Shown piece by piece: positions 16,527 through 23,466 of a stretch of 23,466 nt of DNA. The DNA is from Candidatus Rifleibacteriota bacterium (GTDB lineage Bacteria; Muiribacteriota; Ozemobacteria; Ozemobacterales; Ozemobacteraceae). The notes beneath the pieces were generated by a model, which made no database searches, was not told the origin of the DNA, and saw only the letters and a list, made by a program, of their open reading frames with translations. Both the position numbers and the translations under genes were made by a program. Where the stretch lies: NCBI GenBank assembly GCA_051747585.1, contig JBNJGH010000049.1, positions 1 through 23,466 on the forward strand, read 5' to 3'. Position 1 is the stretch's first letter. Every line of letters starts with the position of its first letter.

Positions 16527-19500
16527 ACAGCATCATTTTGGGATTTTTTCTCTTCAGTGTTGCCAAAACCGGAAAAAAGGTTTTTAAAGAAACTTATAAT
16601 TTTTTCGATTGAGATGAATACGGTTGGCACAAAAGTCAAAGTAAGAACAGTTGAAACCAGCAATCCCCCGGTAACAGATATGGCAAGTGGCTGATAAAAG
16701 TCGGCCCCGGCACCAAGCCCGAGCGTTAAAGGAGACATGCCCAGCAGAGTTGTGCACATAGTCATCAAGATCGGACGAAACCTGAGTGTGCCTGCGCTTA
16801 TTGCAGCATCATAATCATTTTCTTTCCATTTGTTTCTTCTTAACAGAATATATTCTACCAGAATAATACCATTGTTAACCGCAATTCCGGCCAGCATAAT
16901 AATACCTATCATCGCCGTAACCGAAAAAGCAAAGCCCGAGATCCGAAGCCCGGCAACAACACCCATATATGAAAGGGGTATGGTAAACATTATGATAAAA
17001 GGATAAAGAATAGATTCGAATTGCGAAGCCATAATCATATAAACCAGCAATATCGAAGCGACCAGTGCTACTGCAAGATAACCAAAAGCTTCTTTCATAT
17101 CTTCGTTTTCACCGCCATAGTTAATCGAATAACCCGGCGGTAATTTAAGATCTGCCAACTTTTCATCAATATCAGTCATGATGGCGCCTATTGGCCTTTG
17201 ATCGGGATCGGCCTGAACAATCAATCTTCGAGCCATATTTTTACGCTCTATGGTACTGTAGCCATTTGCGGGCTCAAAATGGGCAACCTGCGAAAGTTTA
17301 ACAAATCTGTTTTTATCAAGAGATATTTCCAGCTCCTGGAAACGTGCAATTTTGTCTTTTGCCTCATCGGTAGCTTCTACTCTTATGTCAAATTCATCAT
17401 TACGTTCGCGATATTTGCCTGCCAGAGACCCGTAAACATAACTTCTTGCCATTTGTGCAATCTTACTTAAACTCAAGTCAAGATCACGAATTTTTTCGCG
17501 GTCAAACACAAGCCTGAATTCAGGACGACCTTTTTTAATTCCATCCTCTAGATCTTTAAGACCGGGTATATCTTTGACTCTATTATACACCTCGGCACAA
17601 ATTGCTTCGATCTGGTCAAAATCATCACCCATAACCTCGATCTGAATAGACTTGCCCCGTGAGGGTTTGCCCATAGAAGGTTTTTTATAATTGATGGTTC
17701 TTATTCCGGGAATAATAGAGACTTTTTCTCTGACTTCACGAATTATATCCTGGGTAGTTTTTTCTCTACTCTCGGTAGGCAAGAGTATAACAGAAAGGTT
17801 ACCTTCGCCTACTGCTGAGTTAGTAATTATTTTGTCGACCTGAGAGTACTGTTGTAGAACATACTCTATTTTTTCGGTTATTTCGTCTGTTTTTTCTACG
17901 CTTGTTCCTTCGGGAGTTTCAAAAGAAATATTAAATTCGCCCCGGTCCATGTCGGGAAAAAATGCCATTGGAGGCTGCTGAAACAAGCTGAAAACAAACA
18001 AGACAAGAACCAGAACTATATAAGAAAGTCTAAAATACCAGTGCCTGATTAATATTCCGAGAACTTTAATATAAGCGCCTCTTATAATGTAAATAAGAAT
18101 AAAATCAAATACAGGTTCCAGAATTCTTTCAACAATGAAGTTAAAAACAAAAAACAAAACCGCTATAAGTAATGGAAACAATAAAACAAAGGCTATTAAA
18201 CCTACAGAAAAGCCCAAACTAATAGCTTCGGTTGAATAAACTGAAAGCAGGCTTGAAGCGCCGGTTTTTTGCAAAAGCTCGGTTATTGCCTGATTTTTCA
18301 AGCCAAAAAATACGATTAGAGCCGGGGTAAGAAATGCACAAAGAACGCCGGCAATTGTTTTGAAAATATTTTTCTGACACCAACGAAACAAAGATTTGTA
18401 CATTCTTACGATTATCTCTTCGAGATAAGCACTTTTAAGCTTGAGAAATCTGGAGCAAAGCATTGGAATCAGGGTTACGGCAACAAGCAAAGATGCCAGC
18501 AAAGAAAATATTATAGCCAGTGACATGTTAAAAAATATCTCGCCGACTATTTGCGGCACAAAGCCTATTGGTAGAAAAACCGCAACCGTGGTTCCGGTTG
18601 AGGCAATAATTGGCATAAGCACTTCTTCAGCCGCGCTGGCAGTAAGATCTTTGCGGTCTTTATCGGGATGATCGGCAATGAATCGATATATATTCTCCAT
18701 TACCACGATAGCATTATCGATCATCATTCCTATGCCAAGGGCAAGGCCCCCAAGGGTCATAAGGTTTAGAGTAATATCTTCTTTTAATGCCAGAAGACCA
18801 AAAGTTGTAAGAACAGCAATTGGAATTCCTATGCCAATAATAATGGTCGATCTATAATTGCGCAGAAAAATAAAAAGAACAAAAATAGCAAACAAACCAC
18901 CGATGGTAGCATTGTCTTTAACCATCTGAATTGTGTCTCGAATAAAAAGAGTTTCATCTTTGGCTATAATAATGCTCAATTTTCCCTTATACTTTTCTTC
19001 GAGCTCAGGAACCAGTTTCTGAGCCTGATCTGAAATTTCTACAGGGTTGGCACCTGCTTCTTTTTTTATTTCAAGAGTAACCGAGGGTTTTCCGTTCAAT
19101 CTTGAAACGGAATCTATTTCTTTAAAAGAATCTTCTATAACCGCGACTTCAGAAACATAAACAGGTCTTCCCCCAACTTCCTTTATAATTATATCGCCAA
19201 GTTGCTGTGGGTCTGTAACTTCCCCTTCAGAGCGTAAAAGATATTTAAAATTACCTTCTTCAATGTTTCCCAGAGGTGTATCCTGGTTTCCACGGTTAAC
19301 TGCGTTAATAATATCATCTATAGTCAGATTCAAGGCCAGAAGCTTAGCAGGAGCGACTTTAACATGAATTTCTCGCTCTCGACCGCCTTTGATTTCAACA
19401 TTTGCTACTCCGCTTATGCGTTGAAAAGCCGGTTTGATTTCGCGATCTGCTATGTTTCTCAGATCGACAAGATCAAAATCACCGCCAAGAGCGACATTCA

Positions 19501-19915
19501 GTACAGGAAAAGCGTTAATATCAACTTTAGAAACAGTGACCTGTTCTATGTCTCTTGGCAACTCTCTTTTGGCAATATCGACCTTTGCTCTGAGATCAAC
19601 ACTTGCAAGATCGATGTCTGTACCATAATCAAAGCTCACGACAATCTGAGAAAAGCCTTCAACTGAATATGATTCAAGCTTATCTATGTTCTCGACCGTG
19701 TTTACTTCGTCTTCGATTTTTTGAGTAACGATTGTTTCTATCTGAGCAGGGTCAACACCGGGATAAGGCGCCTGAATAAAAGCCACGGGAATATCGATAT
19801 CGGGAAAAAGAGCGACATTCAGCACAAATATCGCGCCGATGCCTATAAGTGCCATGCCAAGCATAAGCATAGTAACGGTAACTGGTCTGTTAATTGAAGT
19901 TCTTGGTATACTCAT
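16523..19915 (-). CDS. RND efflux permease (AcrB/AcrD/AcrF family) with extra hydrophobic insertion
   Basis: SINRPVTV, FPDIDIP, YPGVDP, LNLMTLGGLALGIGMMIDNAIVVMENI, ASTGTTVAVFLP, MASQFES, GIAVNNGIILV and RFRPILMT. Confidence 0.96.
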   Translation of the reverse strand: MSIPRTSINRPVTVTMLMLGMALIGIGAIFVLNVALFPDIDIPVAFIQAPYPGVDPAQIETIVTQKIEDEVNTVENIDKLESYSVEGFSQIVVSFDYGTDIDLASVDLRAKVDIAKRELPRDIEQVTVSKVDINAFPVLNVALGGDFDLVDLRNIADREIKPAFQRISGVANVEIKGGREREIHVKVAPAKLLALNLTIDDIINAVNRGNQDTPLGNIEEGNFKYLLRSEGEVTDPQQLGDIIIKEVGGRPVYVSEVAVIEDSFKEIDSVSRLNGKPSVTLEIKKEAGANPVEISDQAQKLVPELEEKYKGKLSIIIAKDETLFIRDTIQMVKDNATIGGLFAIFVLFIFLRNYRSTIIIGIGIPIAVLTTFGLLALKEDITLNLMTLGGLALGIGMMIDNAIVVMENIYRFIADHPDKDRKDLTASAAEEVLMPIIASTGTTVAVFLPIGFVPQIVGEIFFNMSLAIIFSLLASLLVAVTLIPMLCSRFLKLKSAYLEEIIVRMYKSLFRWCQKNIFKTIAGVLCAFLTPALIVFFGLKNQAITELLQKTGASSLLSVYSTEAISLGFSVGLIAFVLLFPLLIAVLFFVFNFIVERILEPVFDFILIYIIRGAYIKVLGILIRHWYFRLSYIVLVLVLFVFSLFQQPPMAFFPDMDRGEFNISFETPEGTSVEKTDEITEKIEYVLQQYSQVDKIITNSAVGEGNLSVILLPTESREKTTQDIIREVREKVSIIPGIRTINYKKPSMGKPSRGKSIQIEVMGDDFDQIEAICAEVYNRVKDIPGLKDLEDGIKKGRPEFRLVFDREKIRDLDLSLSKIAQMARSYVYGSLAGKYRERNDEFDIRVEATDEAKDKIARFQELEISLDKNRFVKLSQVAHFEPANGYSTIERKNMARRLIVQADPDQRPIGAIMTDIDEKLADLKLPPGYSINYGGENEDMKEAFGYLAVALVASILLVYMIMASQFESILYPFIIMFTIPLSYMGVVAGLRISGFAFSVTAMIGIIMLAGIAVNNGIILVEYILLRRNKWKENDYDAAISAGTLRFRPILMTMCTTLLGMSPLTLGLGAGADFYQPLAISVTGGLLVSTVLTLTFVPTVFISIEKIISFFKNLFSGFGNTEEKKSQNDAV

Positions 19916-19919
19916 AGTT

Positions 19920-20954
19920 TTATTGAATTTTGCTGTTTCTTAGGGTTATTTCTGAGCCATCATCGAGATTATCCTGGCCCACGGTTACAATTTTCATACC
20001 TGCCTTAACTTGTTCTGCGTAGGTTTCTTCGCCCTGCTGCGCAATTATATCTATAGTTATTCGACGTGCTATACCGTCTTCAACCGCAAAAACGAAAATT
20101 TCGCCACGATTGTTTCTTATAGCCTGTGAAGGAAACATGGGAACATCTTTATAATCTTTAAGTATAATTGAGCCTTTTATAAACATTTTATCTTTATAAT
20201 AAACGTCAGGATTGTTAACCTTGATCTTTATCTCGAAAGCTCTGGAACTATCGGCCGAAAGATTGATATGAGCTACTTTTCCTTTAAAGTTGCCATTAAT
20301 CAAACATTCCTGACCAACATCTATTTTATTGATATCCTGCTCTGCAATTTTTGCTTCTACGTAAATAATATCGAGAAAAATAATTTTTCCCATGTTCTGG
20401 CCTCTTGCCATAGCCTGACCAAGATCAATCGAACGGTCTACAAAGAATCCTTTTATAGGCGCTCTTATCACACAACGGTTAAGATCAAGTTCAGCCTTGT
20501 CAAGCTCGGCTCTGGACTGTTTAACATTAACCTTTGCCTGGATATAGGAAGTCTCAACCATGTCAAAAGTTTTACGAGTAATTGCACCTTTCTTAAAAAG
20601 TGTTTCATTTCGCTCAAAATCTCTTTTTTCTTCTTCCAGCTTCTGTTCAGCAATTTCAAGAGAGGCTTGAGCCATTCTCAATGCAATTTTGAAACGCACA
20701 TCATCAATTTTGGCAAGAGGTTGCCCTTTTTCTACCCGATCACCATCTTCAACATATATTTCGGCTACAGGCCCAAATACATCGGCAGCCGCCCAGGCTT
20801 CTACATAAGGAATGGTTTCGCCGCTGAAACGAAGAATTTTGCTGATATTTCCTTTTTTAACATCTTCAGCAATTACATTAACCGCTGCAATAGCAGTCTG
20901 CAGCGAAAAGAAACATAAAAAAATCACAATTAAACTTAATCTCTGCTTTGACAT
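19920..20954 (-). CDS. RND efflux periplasmic adaptor (membrane fusion protein)
   Basis: Lipoyl-like G.VAEIYVEDGDRVEKGQPLAKID, coiled hairpin (ERNETLFKKGAIT) and IRAPIKG. Lies between the TolC and RND genes. Confidence 0.93.
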   Translation of the reverse strand: MSKQRLSLIVIFLCFFSLQTAIAAVNVIAEDVKKGNISKILRFSGETIPYVEAWAAADVFGPVAEIYVEDGDRVEKGQPLAKIDDVRFKIALRMAQASLEIAEQKLEEEKRDFERNETLFKKGAITRKTFDMVETSYIQAKVNVKQSRAELDKAELDLNRCVIRAPIKGFFVDRSIDLGQAMARGQNMGKIIFLDIIYVEAKIAEQDINKIDVGQECLINGNFKGKVAHINLSADSSRAFEIKIKVNNPDVYYKDKMFIKGSIILKDYKDVPMFPSQAIRNNRGEIFVFAVEDGIARRITIDIIAQQGEETYAEQVKAGMKIVTVGQDNLDDGSEITLRNSKIQ

Positions 20955-22315
20955 CAGTTATTTTCTCCATTTGCCAGTTTAAGTTGATTTAAAAGGAATT
21001 CAAATTTCAATGCAACGGGATTATCATCAACCTTGAACAGGCTCTGATAATCCTGAATCAATAACAATATTTCAACAAGTCTTATTCTTTCATCGAAAAA
21101 AGCTCTAATTGCCGTCTGGGCAGAATTGGTCAGAATTCTCTGCGCATCGACGAGCTCGACAATCGAAGAAGCTCCTTCCTGGTATCGAGTAAAAACGATT
21201 CTCATGTTTTCATAGCTTTGCTCGAGAGTTTTTACGGCAAAGTTAATTCTGGCCAGAGCTTCATTGTAGTCTGCCACAACCTTTTCGAGAGAAGCTTTTT
21301 TTATATTCTTCAAATTCTCAAGTTTTAAAGTCGCAATTTTCCTGGACTTTTTAGCCAGTCTAATTGAATTTTCTATTTCATTACCGTTATATATCGGGGT
21401 TGATAAAATAAAAGCAGCCTTTATATCTTTGGTACCTTCAATTGGTCCCACTTTTCGTCCATAATTATAAGAGCCGTCAAAAGTCAGAGTAGGCAGATGT
21501 GCGCTTCGAGCAACTTTTTCGGCTTTACGTAATATCTCTATATCGAGCTTGGCAAGCTTTATTTCCTTATCATTTTCTAAAAGTACAGGCCAAAGTTCAT
21601 CAGCAGTAAAACTTGAAGGGGCAAATTTCAAACCTTCAGGAAGATCTAGTTTAAGCTCTTCGGTAGTATCATAATCAAGAATTGCAGCAAGATCATAATG
21701 TAAATTACTAAAACCATTCTGGTTCTTAAGTAGATTAGTCTTAGTATTGAGACCCTCTACCTCTATTCTCAATATGTCATTTTTCAATACCAGCCCTACT
21801 TCCAGATTAAGATTGGCAATTTTCAACAACTCGTCAATTAAAACAAGGTCTGTCTTGTGAACTTTAATCAATTCCTGCTCGCGCACCAGCTGAAAATAAA
21901 CCTTTGCAAGGCTTTTGATAACAGCTGTTTTTTCATTGGCTTTAGCGGTCTTTCGCATCTGAGTTTTCAGCCTGGCAATGTCTCGCTGAACTGCAGGAAT
22001 CTGACCCAGGCCAGGATAAGTTTGAGTAAGTTTAAGTGAATAGGTCAAAACAGAATCTATGCTGGATGGATTGCTCTTCTGGTAGCTATCTTTAAAAGTT
22101 GTATGTGATTTATTTACATTAAATTTCAAATCGGGAATAAGTTTATTTAATGCATTTTTTTCATCAATAAAGCTCTGCTCAATCTCAAGCTCTGAGATTT
22201 TTAAACTCAGGTTTCTTTCAATAGCCAGCCGGGCTAAATGTTCAAAGCAACTGGCAGACGAACTTGAGGAAATGAGCATTAACATTCCTATAACAAAAAA
22301 AAGTTTTTTATTCAT
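20954..22315 (-). CDS. TolC family outer-membrane efflux channel
   Basis: Two TolC-like repeats (LAIERNLSL...LIPDL; ARSAHLPTL...TPIYNG) and RYQEGASSIVELVDAQ, plus operon context. Confidence 0.9.
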   Translation of the reverse strand: MNKKLFFVIGMLMLISSSSSASCFEHLARLAIERNLSLKISELEIEQSFIDEKNALNKLIPDLKFNVNKSHTTFKDSYQKSNPSSIDSVLTYSLKLTQTYPGLGQIPAVQRDIARLKTQMRKTAKANEKTAVIKSLAKVYFQLVREQELIKVHKTDLVLIDELLKIANLNLEVGLVLKNDILRIEVEGLNTKTNLLKNQNGFSNLHYDLAAILDYDTTEELKLDLPEGLKFAPSSFTADELWPVLLENDKEIKLAKLDIEILRKAEKVARSAHLPTLTFDGSYNYGRKVGPIEGTKDIKAAFILSTPIYNGNEIENSIRLAKKSRKIATLKLENLKNIKKASLEKVVADYNEALARINFAVKTLEQSYENMRIVFTRYQEGASSIVELVDAQRILTNSAQTAIRAFFDERIRLVEILLLIQDYQSLFKVDDNPVALKFEFLLNQLKLANGENN

Positions 22316-22890
22316 GTTGCTTTTACCCCGTAAATTAAATTATCTATAACCTTTTTCAATTCATGGTCTGTGTAAGATATGCCAAGCTTGAATTCTCTAA
22401 ATACAAAATAATGCGCAGTTCCTATAATTGTAGATAAAATTGATTCAGTATCAACTTCTTTAATTTCGCCTGAGCGCTTTGCCATTTCAAGTCTGGGTTT
22501 CATAAAGAAAAATATTTCAAGCAGCTGATTGCTCGATTCCTTTCTTTTGGCCGAACAAAGTCTCATATCTCTTTCAAAACGAATCAATCCTATTTTGTTG
22601 TTCTGGGTAAAAACTTTGATAAAAGTTCTTAATCCGGCAAGCAAATACTCTTCGACAGGCAGCGATTCACGACAGTACTTCTCAAAATTACTCTTGAGAC
22701 TCTTTAAAAAATTCGCATCCAGCTCTTGATAAAGGTTTTCTTTATTATGAAAATAACGATAAAAAGTACCCTTGCCGCAAACAGCCCGATTTACTATTTC
22801 GTCTATGGTTGTTCTTTCAAAGCCCTTTTCCATAAACACATCCAGAGCTGCCTGCATAAGAATTTCTTTTTTTCCGATTTTTCTTTTCAT
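22312..22890 (-). CDS. TetR/AcrR family transcriptional regulator
   Basis: N-terminal HTH AALDVFMEKGFERTTIDEIVNRAVCGKGTFYRYFHNKENL. First gene of the efflux operon, with a 4-nt overlap with tolC. Confidence 0.95.
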   Translation of the reverse strand: MKRKIGKKEILMQAALDVFMEKGFERTTIDEIVNRAVCGKGTFYRYFHNKENLYQELDANFLKSLKSNFEKYCRESLPVEEYLLAGLRTFIKVFTQNNKIGLIRFERDMRLCSAKRKESSNQLLEIFFFMKPRLEMAKRSGEIKEVDTESILSTIIGTAHYFVFREFKLGISYTDHELKKVIDNLIYGVKAT

Positions 22891-22907
22891 ATAAACAATT
22901 AACCTTG

Positions 22908-22923
22908 GACTGACTAGTCAGTC
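22908..22923. promoter_or_regulatory. Probable TetR operator (perfect 16-bp palindrome GACTGACTAGTCAGTC)
   Basis: Perfect inverted repeat 17 nt upstream of the tetR ATG, directly downstream of a putative -10 element. Confidence 0.8.
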
Positions 22924-22924
22924 A

Positions 22925-22953
22925 TTTTTATAATATTTTATTAATTTTGTCAA
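22925..22953 (-). promoter_or_regulatory. Sigma70-type promoter of the tetR-efflux operon
   Basis: Minus strand has a perfect TTGACA (22953-22948), then 17 nt, then TAAAAA (alternatively 15 nt, TATAAA). Confidence 0.6.
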
Positions 22954-23026
22954 CAAATTTTGAAAGTCAGCAGAGCAAAATTTTGAACCCCTACGCTTTT
23001 ATTTGTTAGAAAAAACGACGATTATT

Positions 23027-23064
23027 CTGGATTCCTGATCCGGTTAAAACCGGTCAGGAATGAC
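23027..23064. repeat. REP-like palindromic element (GTCATTCCTGA...TCAGGAATCCAG type)
   Basis: Hairpin ATTCCTGA-T-CCGGTT-AA-AACCGG-TCAGGAAT flanked by CTGG and GAC. It resembles the GTCATTCC...GGAATCCAG family of extragenic palindromes. Confidence 0.65.
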
Positions 23065-23073
23065 GGGCCAGTA

Positions 23074-23182
23074 TGGTCCCTGCGCGGAGCCTGCGCTGAG
23101 CGAAGCTCGTGCTGAGTGAAGTCGAAGTGTCGAAGGGACCAAGTAGACGTTCAACGGTCATTTCGACTAACGCTCAATGACC
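23074..23182. repeat. Inverted pair of REP-like GGTCnnT-GAGCGnAGTCGA-AnnGACC elements, the first with nested internal copies
   Basis: TGGTCCCT (23074-23081) pairs with AGGGACCA (23134-23141) and encloses repeated CTGAGYGAAG and GTCGAAG parts. The second copy, GGTCATT-TCGACTAACGCTC-AATGACC (23156-23182), is in the opposite orientation. Confidence 0.65.
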
Positions 23183-23466
23183 AGTATAACTAGCGCTCAA
23201 ACACCAATATATAATGACAGTTTACAGACTTTCTTGTTTGCCTTAGAGGCTTTGCGTCTTAGTGTGAGACAATTTTTTTTCTGAAACCAGTTGATGGTCG
23301 CTGGCCGGGAATTGCTGGCAAATTTTCAGGAATTCTCGGTCAATCATTATTAGCTGGTTACAAAAACTTCTGGTTTTATTTCTTTCTGTCAAATATAGAA
23401 TTTAAACCACTGAGGCCACCGAGGGCACAGAGTTGATTTTTTAATCTTTTTCAGCCAGGATTTGTC

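Noticed and set aside
16113..16694. 193-aa plus-strand ORF and the other short antisense or alternate-frame ORFs (e.g. 3169-3675, 20268-20918, 4766-5164, 178-501)
   Set aside because: They lie within or opposite well-supported genes and show no recognisable motifs, so they are treated as shadow ORFs.
23027..23200. CRISPR array, tRNA or riboswitch
   Set aside because: There are no regularly spaced direct repeats with unique spacers, no cloverleaf or T-loop, and no aptamer I recognise. It also lies upstream of the putative tetR promoter. REP-like palindromes explain it better.

Overview
AT-rich bacterial chromosomal window with about 15 protein-coding genes. FadL and TolC genes indicate a diderm organism. 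I saw no rRNA, tRNA, CRISPR array or transposase. Left to right: (1) a 5'-truncated Ogt(MGMT)-AlkA alkylation-repair fusion, whose Ogt half the ORF track misses; (2) a protein with a C-terminal HPD-less J-like domain; (3) a secreted VWA protein; (4) a minus-strand run of a secreted protein with two pilin-head-like CPxGGxY..CSxHG modules, glgM(glgA-type), glgE and an MBL hydrolase; (5) an M48/BepA-like peptidase with its own promoter and terminator; (6) a divergent plus-strand trio of a FadL-family outer-membrane barrel, a FecR-domain protein and a CHASE2 class III adenylate cyclase with a large periplasmic insertion, preceded by a CRP-like box; (7) a convergent tetR-tolC-MFP-RND-GNAT efflux operon with a perfect 16-bp operator palindrome; (8) a non-coding tail with clustered and nested REP-like palindromes. 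The best candidate for an undescribed system is the FadL-FecR-CHASE2 cyclase trio, a possible trans-envelope cAMP signalling module. The protein motifs recall Candidatus Riflebacteria, but that assignment is unverified. All calls come from reading motifs by eye.
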